Below are positions 12,663 through 25,135 of a stretch of 64,000 nt of DNA, piece by piece. Under the pieces are notes generated by a model. The model saw only the letters and a program-made list of their open reading frames with translations, did not search any database and was not told the origin of the DNA. The position numbers and the translations under genes are program-made. The DNA lies in NCBI GenBank assembly GCA_052327205.1, contig CM126230.1, positions 16,740,001 through 16,804,000 on the forward strand, in the 5' to 3' direction. This DNA is from Somniosus microcephalus. Its lineage: Eukaryota. How positions within the stretch are numbered: the first letter of the stretch is position 1; every line of letters begins with the position of its first letter.

Positions 12663-14984
12663 TAACACATACCTTCAACACCCATTGGATGAGTTCAAGT
12701 ACTGTCCTGAAAAATGATGAATTATTGTTCCAGGAATTTTTTTTGCACTTGATTTAATTTGGTAAAAATCAGTGTAAACCTAAAATGCTGATGTCTGCCC
12801 TTAAAGTTCTCTACCATGTTGCATGGAATGTGGAATTGAGTGTGCAATATATACTCGTATATTAAAATCATTGAGCTAGTCTATAGGTTTCCCTGGACTC
12901 TTGACTCTTTCACTAGCAAAGCCAGAAATTCATTTGTTTTTGATGTTTGCTAACCTGAGCTAACTACCACGGTCAATGTTTTGTGTCGTGGTTAAGAACC
13001 TACCTGTGAGAAAATTAACTTTTGTATACATTACAATTGCTCTGATGTTTTGGAGTGGACTATAATCAGGAATGCACTCAAGAATGTCTTGAGTAAAAGG
13101 GTGGAGCCTGTTTTGTTGGAACGTTGTGTGCAACCAATGTTACAGGTTGTTTAATCATAAGGTTGTGTACCTGAGGGGGACAAACGTCACAGTACATTTA
13201 CCCAAAAGAAACAGTATGTCACCAATTGGCAGAAAGCTGTGCTTTTAGACTGAACTTTGCAAAGAAAATGTTTCAATGTTGTCAAAAAGGACAACAAGGA
13301 TGGTGGAAGAGACACAGTTGCCTAAAATGCAGCAAGATATCACTGGGAAAAATCAGTAATGTCATCTATAGGGACATTGGGGAGAGGGGGAAGGGGTCAT
13401 GTAGGAGCGATGCAAGATGGTTGGAGACTGAAAACTTGAGTTGGGGCTGTCCTACCTAACCATAAAGGAATTTCCTTTCCAAATTAGTCCGCTATATACA
13501 TATTTTCCAATATCGCTTACTAATTCTACTGACATCTGCTTAATGGAAGTTGACTATATTTCTGTGAAATATGTACAGCGAATAAAGTAAAAACTGCGAG
13601 GCTGTCTGTACGATCTACTCCTGTGTATCTGCTGGCTTTCTCAGTGCTGATGTTCCCTATTGACGGGGATAGTGACGGGGCTTCACTCTGGTGCTGTCAA
13701 ACAATTGCGCTCAACAGTTTTATAATAAAATCTTCAGACAAGCAGTCGGCCCTCTTTTTTTCCGGTGCCATTGACCTTTCCAGAGGAAGCCACAGACACT
13801 CCCATCAGGCTGAAGTTTGCACCAACAAACTGATGGTAAAGCCTGTCTGGGCATGAAGTGGCAGCAACTGGGCATTGCCAATAGCCAGTGGGACTTTAGG
13901 CAAAAGTGATTAAAGAGAGGTGACAACGAAAGTAATCTTCAGAATGCAAAACATGTGCTGGTTAGATGTACTGAGTAACGGTCACTGAGAGTGAGTTAGT
14001 GTGTGTATCTTACACATCTTTGAGGGCTGGTCAGTAGAGCACAGAGCTAGCTATCTGTGGTCCAGCCTCTGATAGTGGACTGGGTGTGAGTTATATAGCA
14101 AAACTGCGATGTTTGAAGGATGACTCTGAAGATTTAAAACTTGTAGCCTGTTCTCGTTTGGGTCACGTGTTACACACACTGCCTATAATTGTTCACTGAT
14201 AATTTACCGGAGGTACAGACGGTCCTTTGACCACATGATTGACCACAATTCTTCTTTTCTATTCATTTACTGACTCTTGGCTGCTAAGGAAGATTCGGTT
14301 GGGTGACGTGTCCATTAAGGTTGCATTGACTGACGATTGTCCCAGCACTTGATGGAATCCAATTTTATTTTCTGTTTTGGAAGTTCATCTGATATTTCAG
14401 TTCTGATTCTCAGCCCCTTAGCGACTGTAAAATACTGACTGGTTTTAATTTTCAGTGTCTCGGTAAATTATTTCAAGGTTCCAACTTGGAAGTGTTATTG
14501 GCCTAAAAAGCCGAGCCTGGCAGCTATTTGTAATATTTCACGGTCCTCTTTACTGCACAGGTAACTGCCTCTCAGTCCCACCCATCAATGCTTCGCAGTC
14601 CGCTTTTAGCTTCAATACTACGCGCATTTTTAAAAGTTACATCATTATTATAAACTCTGTATTCCGTTTAGATGGCTCTAATGTGCCTGGGATGTTTATC
14701 GTACAGAATAAATTTGTGTTCCCAGACTATCTTGGCCTGATTCAGTTTAGGAGCCTCACTTACACACGTGTGATCGAGGCCCAAATTATAGGTGAAAAAA
14801 ATACACTTTTTAATGTGGAAGGGAGCAAATCTGAAGATGCGTTGAGGCTGGAATCCAAACTCCGAATCCCTGGGTTGACGGCAACTTCTTTTCTTTGCCA
14901 GTGGGTTGTTTTGCCTTCAGGAACGGATGTACACACCAGACAGCAGCATCACGATTACACAAATTCCATTTCTTATCCACTAAG

Positions 14985-15106
14985 GGAATTGAGGGATATG
15001 GGGATAGGGCGGGAAAGTGGAGTTGAGGTAGAAGATCAGCCATGATCTTATTGAATGGCGGAGCAGGCTCGAGGGGACGTACGGCCTACTCCTCCTGTTT
15101 CTTATG
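14985..15106 (+). mobile_element. CR1 3' tail fragment
   Basis: gatcagccatgatcttattgaatggcggagcaggctcgagggg...ggcctactcct...ttcttatg. Confidence 0.8.
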
Positions 15107-16493
15107 GAATTCCGCCCACCCCTTTCAAGAAACGGGGAGGGGTAAAAGCTTACCTGCAGTGACTGGTCCGAAGAGTGCAGTCGGTGTCTGGACACTGGAC
15201 ATGATTTGGTTAGTCGCTCACCATGCTCTTGTCCCTGTTCATTGGCACCTGCAGGAGGGGGGGCGAGGTGCCAAGGAGATCAGCATGTTATCTGTTAGCA
15301 TCCATAGGCAACCTAGAAGAATGCGGCCATTTTGCTAGGAGTTGTCTTTAGAACCGCCTACAACCATCTGATGAGCCCCAATCTGGAACAGACCAACAGG
15401 TGACCCACCAGTGATGTGGAGGTGAGTACTTAACTAAAAAGATTTCAAGGATTGACTTCATATAAAGTTAGCCCACACTCCACATACCTTTTCATTTCCC
15501 ATCATCTCTTCTATATATTCACCCTATATTCTCCTCCTTCTTCCCCCTTGCTCTCCAATCCTCCTGTTACCTTAACAGCTGAGTAAGTTGGCCAACTCAC
15601 TGCTTCACAACCACCATCAGAAGTGCCGCTCTGCACTAAGCCCACAGAAAGCACCATTTAGAGACAACAGATTTTTTTCCCCCCTCCCTTCCTCCACAAC
15701 TCCAGTGGCTCCACTCAGCCTACCACCTGCCCGCTAGACGTGCTGCCCGGTTAACAGTCGGCTGCCACTGGGACTTGACTCTGTGCACCAGGTGTGTGAA
15801 GCGAGGGTGTTCACCATTAAATGTGAAGTAATTGAATGGAACCACCGCCGTTGTAGAAGTTTAAACTTGTGCGTATACAAATTGTAGCGAACGGAAAACA
15901 AAGCCGAATGTCTTTTTTTTTGAAGGTGAGGAATATATGTTTTTTGAAAGAAGAATTGGAATATCTCTCATGGGACCAGATAAGATTATTGATGTACAAC
16001 TTTTTTTGGGAGGGATGGGTGGGGAATAAGTTTATTATCTTGAAGATTTCCCCTCTCTCTGTCTAGGGGCACCTCTACTGCTACCCTGGGAAATATCAGC
16101 TACCTCAGCATAGACCAGTATTTCCTGGTCTGTACTTAGTGGCACCACACCAGGCCAGTGCTTTTACCCTTGGAACCAATAGCAAGGGGAGGGAGCGTGC
16201 GTGAAATCCACCTTCAATCTGAGCTGAGTTCTTTTAGCTGCTACTTGGTTTGTTTAATTCCATTCTTGACCCTTCTGTAGGTTTACTGAATGGGCCATGA
16301 ATGTATTGATAAACCATTGAGAACTCTACCACATGTCCAACAATAAAGTTACAAACTACGCCATCCTGACTCCAACACACCGGGATACCATTGAATTTTG
16401 ACGTTAGATCAAACTTGTTGATAAAAGGCCCGCTGAATTTCAAAATCTAGAATATTTTATTGATTTTTTTTAAATCAAATTTTGCACATTATA

Positions 16494-16903
16494 TAGAAAC
16501 ATGGAAGATAGGAGCAGGAGTAGGCCATTCGGCCCCTCGAGCCTGCTCCACCATTCAATGAGATCATGGCTGATCTTCCAAATTCAGTACCCGGTCCCTG
16601 CTTTCTCCCCATATCACTAGATTCCTTTAGCCTTAAGAAATATATCTAACTCCTTCTTGAATATATTTAATGAATTGGCCTCAACTGCCTTGTGTGGTAG
16701 AGAATTCCACAGGTTCACCACTCTCTGGGTGAAGAAATTCCTCCTCATCTCAGTCCTAAATGGATTACCCCTTATCCTTAGATTGTGACCCCTGGTTCTG
16801 GACTCCCCCGTCATCGGGAACATCCTTCCTGCATCTAGTCTGTCTAGTCCTGTTAGAATTTTATAAGTTTCAATGAGATCCCCTCTCATTCTTCTGAACT
16901 CCA
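16494..16903 (-). mobile_element. CR1 3' fragment (young)
   Basis: Minus ORF LEFRRMRGDLIETYKIL...FFTQRVVNLWNSLP plus tail. Nearly identical to the end of the large CR1. Confidence 0.92.
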
Positions 16904-17392
16904 ACACATTTGTGCAAAGCAGATGAATGGTAGGGTAACGTTTGAGCTGGAACGTACAGTGTCACTGAGCATCCCAGAGGAAGTGACAAACAAAGGTTGC
17001 CTGCTTTAAACTGGAGGGCAGCCACCCCAGGGTACCACTGTGGTCCTCCCAGTGACCTGCTTTGGAGCATCACCAGCACAGGCCTTAGAGGGCTTACCCA
17101 CCATTCTTGATGGCCGAAGTTGGGAAACCCCTTGGGGGAGAGCCGATGGGCGAACATGCCAGGGTTCTGAATCCTTGCCAAAAAAAATCTGTTTTGTTAT
17201 TGGCCAAAGGGAATCTACAGACCCTTAGAACTGAGTTGCCCAGAGGAGAGCTAGAAAATGTCTTGCTGCACCTGAATAGACTCCACCACAGACCTGTGGC
17301 GGATGCTGGGGTTGGCAGTGGTGAGGAGTCACGGTGATAGGCTGGGAGTTCGGAAGTTTTATTGTAAAATGAAACTCTCTGTGTTATTGCAG

Positions 17393-17574
17393 TAACCTAC
17401 ATGTTAAAGATGCTCTAGTGGACAGTGCCTCTCCAGTCTACCAGGCTGTCATTCGTAACACTAACCAGCCCCATCAGAGTCACCAGCAGGAGCTGGATGA
17501 GTGGACCCGCAGGGCTGCTAATTTGCAGTCCAAATCTTTCCGGGTCCTTGCTCAGATGACTGGAACGGAATACT
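17393..17574 (+). CDS. LDB3: LDB3 exon ([22 protein letters not shown]...[24 protein letters not shown])
   Basis: Matches LDB3 [12 protein letters not shown] and [15 protein letters not shown] motifs. Acceptor ttattgcAG, donor T|GTAAGT, 182 nt, phase 2-1. Confidence 0.96.
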
Positions 17575-17869
17575 GTAAGTATAGAAAAGCTTCCATTCTG
17601 TTAGGTTAAATGGGGAGAAGTGAGTGGTGCATTTAATTAGCCAGCTACCCTGTTACTAATGATACCTGGAGTTAGATCCAGCCCAGACTGCTGAGATGAA
17701 AGTCTCCTCTCTTTCTGCAGGTCCTAAGTGAGCTGCTGTAGTATTAGCCCAGTGCTCACTGGGTACAGGTCCACAGAATGAAATGGCCTGTAATTGACAC
17801 CAAATGATCAGTCTCACTATGGGAAATGGTGCAGTCAGGGGTGCTTCTATGAGGTTGGCACTGAAGCAC

Positions 17870-18115
17870 ACTGTCGGGCAGAGTAGAGGGAGCTTTACTC
17901 TGCAGCTAACCTTTACTGCAACTGACCTAGAAGTACTTGATGGGACAGAGAAGAGGGAACTTTACTCTGTGCCTGATCTGCAAGTGCTTGATTTACCAGT
18001 GCTGAAGGAGTTTTGCCTTTGATCTAACCCACACTATACCTGACCCAGGGTGCTTGACGGGGCAGTGTAGAGGGAGCTTTACTCTGCGCCTTACTTGGGA
18101 TTGCTCGATGGGAGC
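17870..18115. repeat. Degenerate ~65-bp minisatellite (gggacagtgtagagggagctttactctg...)
   Basis: Unit agagggagctttactctg recurs at about 17886, 17952 and 18069. Related remnants near 6475-6525 and 28315-28385. Confidence 0.65.
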
Positions 18116-20397
18116 AATTACTTGAACAATGTCTACTGCCGTAAGCTAGTCACTTCTTTCTTCTAAGTTCTGTGGAAATGTTTATTGGTTGAATGAAAAA
18201 CACCAGATAATTATGCTAAACTAGTAGATTTTTCTGTAACACTTTGTGGGGCATGTACCAAGTATCGCAGGGGAAGGGGAATGGGAACACATTGGCTGAC
18301 ATCTGGCACCAGTGTAGCATTCAAGCCATTTTCTGTATGACAGTTTTGACTGCTAAAGTATTGTTATGCCAGGTTGGCAGGGGTTTAAGTCATCTGCTGC
18401 CACCTCTGCAAAACAGACTTGCAGATGGATGAGCGTACACGCCCACTATGTTCATCCAGGAGGCTGGTGCTTCTCCGCGCTACTCTGGTACAGTTATACT
18501 GTAGCACTGGTGATGGTCTGGGAGCAAATGATTAACCCCGGTCTGCTGCTAGCCTGTTCCAGCCGCCTCCCGGGATTGGCTTCCCACCAGGACTTACCTG
18601 CTGGCTGGCACAACGTGATTCCCACCCTCCCAGAACCAGTGAGCTGCAATGCGGCGCCCACCTAACGCTCGCAGGCCCGGCACCAATGGGCGGACACAAA
18701 ATAGTTCAATCCCAAGGAATGTTGTAAGGAGGGTTGAGGTTAATTATTATTGACAATTATTTGCTTGTTCCCTGGAGGTAATGTGTTCCTGATGATTTCT
18801 GTACTGTGGTGCTCAAAGGCTAAATGATGGGGATGAGTAGATGTGTTTTTATTGAGCTGGAGGCAAGTGCAAATGGTAGTGTCAATGTGAATGGCTAGTA
18901 TCTCTGCTCTCTCCTCCAGCGTTTGGAGCAACTCCCCTAGAATCTGTTACAAGTTCCAGTAGCCAGTTTAAGAGCAAGACTAGCAGAATCCGAGAGCAGC
19001 TTATCCGCCTGTTGCCTCGGTAGAAGAAAGGGGACATAACTTGTGGGGACTAAGTAGTTGAAGGAATATTACAAAGTGGGGGAAGGGAGAGTTGAAATTG
19101 AGGGGCTGAAAGCCAAGAAGCTGTGTTTTGGCTCCATTTGCTCATCTCTCATCTGGATGCATGAGAGTCACATGGGCATCAACATCTAGCCAATGCATGT
19201 ATGGAAGTCATCGCCAGTTAGGGACCCAGTACAGTTCCAGCATTGATCCCAGTGAGCAGCCACGTTGCAGCAGATCTACCATTCCTGCTATGATGGGATG
19301 TGCTGCAGATTGCCACTGAGCAGAGTGCACAGGTGAGCAGGCATTGAGGGGGTTTAACAAATTATTAATAGAGGAATGATATCAGCAGGAGAAAATTGCA
19401 GGTTTGCTCTTACTGCACATTTTGATGTCAAAATTCTGAAATTGCAATTTTTCCTCACCCAAAAATAAGTTTTTAAAATCCTGAAATATGTCAGGACTCA
19501 AAGTTAATGAGCTGGTTATAAAGTGATTATTTTATAAATATTCTTCTCTTTTGCCATCTCTCTCACCACTCTCTTGTCATACACCGGTCTCCAAGTTAAC
19601 AATAGTGCAGTGTAATATATTCTGTGCACCCTTTATTTTTTTTAATTATCCATCTGCCATTCTGAAGATTAAAATTTTTGAAGTATTCGTTATATACCGC
19701 GTGAAATAAATCCACTTTAGTGAAAACAGAAATGGAAAACTTCTGTAAAACTGCAAATCCTACATTTGTGTGTCTGATCTAACGGTCCCGTTCTAATGTA
19801 TGCCATGAATTTTTCACCATGAAGTTCTGATCTTTGTTGTTCTCCTCTTCCCTTTTTAAGCAGAAATGTGAAGCCTTCATGGGCTTGTTTCTAATGGAAC
19901 TGGGTGGTGCAGTGTGATAACCTGCTGGAGCCTGGCTTCAGTGCAGCCCAGGAATAGAGTGGAATGGTCATCTCTCTCTGATGGGATTGGGTGGGACAAT
20001 TGATTCGACACCACCCTTTATCCTCAAATCTAGCTCACCAAGATGCAGGGTTTAGTTTAGTTTTTCATCCTTTGGTATTGCTGTAAGATGCCGGTAACGG
20101 TATTCACCAAACTGAACCTTAGCTGCTCCCTGTGCAGATTTTGTAATCTCTTCCCTATTGCTGCCAAAGTTTTGCCTATGTTGTGATTCGACAGTGTTTA
20201 GACCCATCGTTGAGGTTAAGTTTCATGAAGACTAAATCCTCAGACGTTTAGAACTGGCACCGCTGCCATCTTCTAATGAAACTCCCGCTGTAAACGGACC
20301 ATTAGGATCCCCGTTTAACTTGGAGCCCTGTGGATGTCAAGGAGCATAGGCTTGTTTGATTGGGCATGGTAATTCATTTACATCTTCTGTTTTGCAG

Positions 20398-20434
20398 TGC
20401 AAGATCCGGATGAGGAAGCTATGAAAAGATCAAG
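20398..20434 (+). CDS. LDB3: LDB3 37-nt exon (LQDPDEEAMKRSR)
   Basis: ttctgttttgcAG acceptor, AG|GTAGGC donor, phase 1-2, matches LDB3 QDPDEEAxxRS. Confidence 0.95.
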
Positions 20435-21131
20435 GTAGGCTTCTAGCAACAGCAGCAGTCATTTGGCCTACTTAACACATACTTCAGACATTTTACTGTT
20501 AAACACATTAATACAATACATTTAACCCTCAGCGTTAATTAATTTTAGAAATGTGTGGTTTTTAAGATAACAGATAGTTAATTTCAACCTTTGGTTGACA
20601 ATTTTGAAATTGGACCAAGAATATTCTCCATCTAGCTCTGCTTCGACAGACATCCAGGGCTCTGTAGGTGCGGGTATGTGCCGACAGTTACAGGGGATAA
20701 TTCTCTGAGTACACGTTGTTTAATGGGCTGGTCCTAATTTGGTAGACCACAGTGAGACATGGGTATTATAATGTGGTGCTACCCAAGTGATCCTCCCCCA
20801 GAGAATGTGGTCTGTCAAATCTACACTACTGAGTAGGTTGCTTTGGTTTCATATATAGCTTCTTAACCCAGAAAGGGCAAAGTTTGTTTGATGTGTAAAG
20901 GGTAGCCATCTTAAGGGTCTTAATGCTTCAGAAACCAATTTGCAAAGCAGCTTCCTCTCTTTGTCGTCGTAGCAACAGATCAATTGGGGATTTTTTGGGC
21001 CTTGTCATTTGGGTAATGCATTGGTTGGTTTGTGTGTTATACAGTTATAAGGTCAGGAGAGTGGAGGCCATATTCCCTAATCCCTTACTCTTCTCCTCCT
21101 CTCTCTCTTTCTCTCTTTCTCTATGCCACAG

Positions 21132-21228
21132 GGAAAAGTTTGAACATGAAGTAAAAGGTCCACGCTTTGCCAAATTGCGCAATTGGCATCATGGTCTGTC
21201 TGCACAGATCCTTAATATTAAAGGTTAA
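21132..21228 (+). CDS. LDB3: LDB3 terminal coding exon of short (LIM-less) isoforms, EKFEHEVKGPRFAKLRNWHHGLSAQILNIKG*
   Basis: CT-rich tract + cacAG, phase 2 entry, matches the short ZASP/Cypher C-terminus PRFAKLRNWHHGLSAQILN, stop TAA ends at 21228. Confidence 0.96.
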
Positions 21229-23680
21229 ACTGCCCACGTGTAATAAGACACTTCAAGATAGAATTACTAAACAAAGAAAAAGGGCGTATTACTGTCATAG
21301 TGGCTATAAAAAAAAAAGTAGTGTGAGAACATCAAATCTTCTTAAAACAAGTTAAACAAAGTGCTTGTTGAGTGTCCTTAGCCTTGTATCCCTCCTCTGT
21401 TGTAATGTTGTGCTCCTAGCAGCACAGTTCATCTCCATGTATGAAGGTTTCTCTGCCAATAAAATGCTAAAAGTCCTGTTTCTGTATAAAGAGTCAGCTT
21501 CTGTATCTCTGAATTCCTTTCAAAGAAATGTTAGGGAATTAATAAACTGTTAACTTCCTTGTGTTGGAGCGAGAGTGCAGTTTGAAAGGACTGTTGCTGT
21601 CTCGATGATGGAAGTCTAAATAGTGGGTGCTGTTTAGCCTGAGGGAGTGCTCGCATAACACAGTTGAACCTGGCAGTAGGTCCGACAATGAGGCTTCGGG
21701 GGAGATCAAGGATTTGAAGAAAATGGGGAATGATTTTCTGGGGCATATAATAATGGGCAACACATCTCATTGAAATTCTGAATTAGTTTATTTTACCAAA
21801 TCACAGGTAGCTGCCTGGGGATTGCTGAACAGATTATCGATGTGGGCAATGAAACATCTCTGATAAAACCTTGTTCTTATTTACTGCTAGTGCCCATTGC
21901 TGCCAAAACCCTGGCCCACAATCCCTTGCCCTGCCTGAGGCCTACAGGAAATAAGCAGATATCTGTCCATGTGATTAATTACTTCACCAATATTTTCAGG
22001 TGCAAATATTGGACGTCCATTGTTGGATGCTCCTCGTCAAACCTCATTCCCATCACATAGTCCAAGTCCTTGCAGAAGTCAACCACGATTCCCATAATAT
22101 TCTGTTTAAATAATTGATCTGTTATTGCTTAGCTTCTCTCACATTGCAGCCCAGCATGACAGGAACTTCCGTTTTCAGTCTGGGTTTCTGATTGGATTCA
22201 GATTCTGGGACAAGTATTTTTAAGATTGAGACATGGGACTGAAAAGGGAAACATGGAACCATCCCGAATAATTCAGGCTGAATCCCACCAGGTCTGGGTA
22301 ATGTACAGTGCATTCGGGACGTGAGAGCTGTGTCCCCTGACCCAAGTTCAATAACGGCAGAAGACAAACAATGCACCCAGACAATTGATTGACAAATGAA
22401 TCCAAATCCCCGTTACAAGGAGGGTTTTTCTTTTGGACAGTGACGGCGAGGGGCTATTACATTGAATTTAGATGAATGTATATTACAGTTATGCAGTCTT
22501 TCTGAAATTACTTCCAGTAACCAGATTAGGCAAAATTATTCTTTGGTAATTGTATTGTGTGAGCATTCCATCAGAAGGGGGAAACTGCAAATATTTCATC
22601 AATTATTTAACTTTTAGAGGTAATATGCAAAATTTAGCTAAATTGAGCTGAAAGTAAATGATCGAATTAGGATGGCGAGATTTGAGTAAAGACTGTGATA
22701 TTTATAACACATCTCGCAGCAATTTTGCGAAGAAAAAATTCTGGCATGAGAGTGCGATATATTTCCACTCGTTCCCCCCCCCCGCCCCCCCCTGCCATTT
22801 TCTCCCTTTCTCTGCTGAAGGTGCTGATTTGTGCGCTGGTCCACTTCTCCTTGTGCCCATAGTGCTCCTGAGAACTCCTCCAAGTGGTCATTTTTCAGGG
22901 CTGAGTCTCGACCGTGATTGCCAGCAAGCGATTCAACTGTGGGGCCTAGAGTTTCCTCCTGACGCCCACATCCGTGCGCCTTGCAGCCTGGGTCACTGGA
23001 CGGTAATCGGGAGAGGGAAACCGAACTGCAGATTGTTTTTCCCTTTCCCCCCCCCCCCCCCCCCCATACCTCCCTTCCCTGATCTGAGGCACCCGTCACT
23101 TAGCTAACTCCGCACTTGACCCATTGCTGATCTGTAAAGGTGAGCTTCACACTGCATTTTTGCAGTTGCACTGTTTTGATTGCGACAAGGAGGAGAAAAC
23201 AAATTTTTTTTTAAGAATTGTAAAGTAGACCACTCCATGTTCCAAGAAACAAATGCTCCCCAATTAAAAAATAATTTCATTAAAAAATCAGTTGAATTGC
23301 AAAATATAAGTGGGGTGTGTTATATTTTGTTTAAAGACAAATCACTGCTTTGTAGTGGTAATTTGGGACCTTGAGTAAATGGCACTGGGGTCCGAGGCGT
23401 ACCTGCAGTTTCCCATCATCCCTGACTGTCCCGTACGATCGTGGCCTGTTAATACGATTGTTTGTGAACGATTTGAGCTGAGTAGACGAGGGTTGAAGTA
23501 GTTTGGAGATGAGTAATATATATAAAACCTGGGTTGTGGTGTAGTGAGATTGTTTGGTGAAAGGCAGGGTTTGATCATTTGGTTCCTGTATTCTGTGCTT
23601 GGCTGCTTTGGTTTGCAATCTCTCTGTATATATCAGCACTTTTTCTCTGAAATAAAACAAAAATCAAGTTTTAAAAAAGA
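21229..23680 (+). other. LDB3: Probable 3' UTR of the short isoform with alternative poly(A) signals
   Basis: AATAAA at 21458-21463, 21541-21546 and 23651-23656. The last has upstream TGTA motifs. The true end is uncertain. Confidence 0.45.
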
Positions 23681-24789
23681 CAATTAGCTCCTCTTCCAGT
23701 CTCTTTCTATACTGATTAGCTCTAGCACTGAGACACTCACTAAGAATCGCAATCTCATTACTGGAGTCGGATTGTTCTGCAGTTGCGTTGAAGAGACAGT
23801 ACCTGGGTGGGGAGCTACAAAGGGGTTGCACCTAACTGTTGAGAAGATGAAGCCACCACACCTATAGTGATAGATGACTTAAGAGGGTAGACATTCCAAT
23901 TGGCAGATTTTCTGTACATATGCTCTACAGACTCGTACTACAGTACAGTGTGCTTTATTTTTACATGTGATTTAAACCGTTTCACTGCTTCAGGTCAATG
24001 TTGTAAAAATAGCTCACGTGGGATTGTAGTACGAATGCATTAAATCTTCATACGTAAATGTCGCTAATCAAAGTTTCTACCGTTTCTGTCACTACTGGGT
24101 GCAAAGAAGGTTGATGGTCTAATGTCCTAAGAACAGAAAGTAGGCCTCCCTCTTCCTCCTCTTCCCTCAGGAAACCCTAGGTTCTCAAAGTTCTCCCAAC
24201 CTTTTCTTAATGTTGCAGCGACTGGATCATTCCACTTCTCAAAGGAAATCAGCACCAGGCCCTTAACACAGGCTTAAAGCAATGCTGGCAGACATTGTTT
24301 CACTAGGATGTTAACTTGGTTGATTGTTCGATTACAGTTTACTTGTACCATTCCATGACCCCAAGTGAAAGATCAGTAATGCTGATCATCCTGTGTGCCT
24401 GAGCTCTGGAGAATCTCCAGTTATGGTCCACTGATTTTCAGTTTGAAATGGCTTGTATGGTAACTATGGTGGCCAGTAAGGTTGACTTTGTTTTTTCCAT
24501 ATGATGAATGAAATCCAAGTGGTGGCTTTAAATCTAGAATACAGGGGATATTTCAAGATGAATTGATTGATAGAAGACTTGGTGTAAGTAGGCTGACTCG
24601 AAGAGGTACTGTCTCTTTAAAATGCATAAGAACTGTAATATCGGCCAGCGTTGCGCACAAACATTAAAGTCAACCTTACGGTAAAATAATTGCCCTGTTT
24701 GGCATAATGGTGGACTGACCAAACATATGCGTGCGCGCGTACGTACGTATATATGGTTTGGTTTATGTAGGTGTCGTTTTTTTAAAAAG

Positions 24790-25135
24790 CTATTTGCGTT
24801 TATATAGCACCTTTCACATGGATATTTTATAGGGCAAGGGATAGACACTGAGGAGGCAGCAGGGGAGGTGATCAAAGAGGTAAGTATTGAGACAGCGAGG
24901 CAAAAAGGGGGTTAAGGAAGAAAACTCCAGGTGGCAGGAGCATGGTAGTTGAAGGCTTTGCCACCAGTGGAGGGAGAGGGACTCATGTAGATCAGAGTTG
25001 TAAGAGCAAAAGGTGTGTGCTGGGATGGAGGGCCAGAGAAGTTTGCAGGGTCATGGAGGAACTTGAGGGTGAGAATTTGAAATCATGACACTGGGAGTCA
25101 GGGAGCGAGTGGAGGTAGGTGAAGACAGGGGTTTT
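24790..25135 (-). mobile_element. Degenerate L2 3' fragment
   Basis: ttgcgtttatatagcacctttc tail and body similar to 3784-4275. Confidence 0.55.

Noticed and set aside
14456-14462. 7-nt microexon (ttttcAG|TGTCTCG|GTAAAT)
   Set aside because: Would break the LDB3 frame and has no homology.
14545-14566. Recursive splice site (ctctttactgcacAG|GTAACT)
   Set aside because: The intron is only about 6 kb and the motif is expected by chance. No other support.
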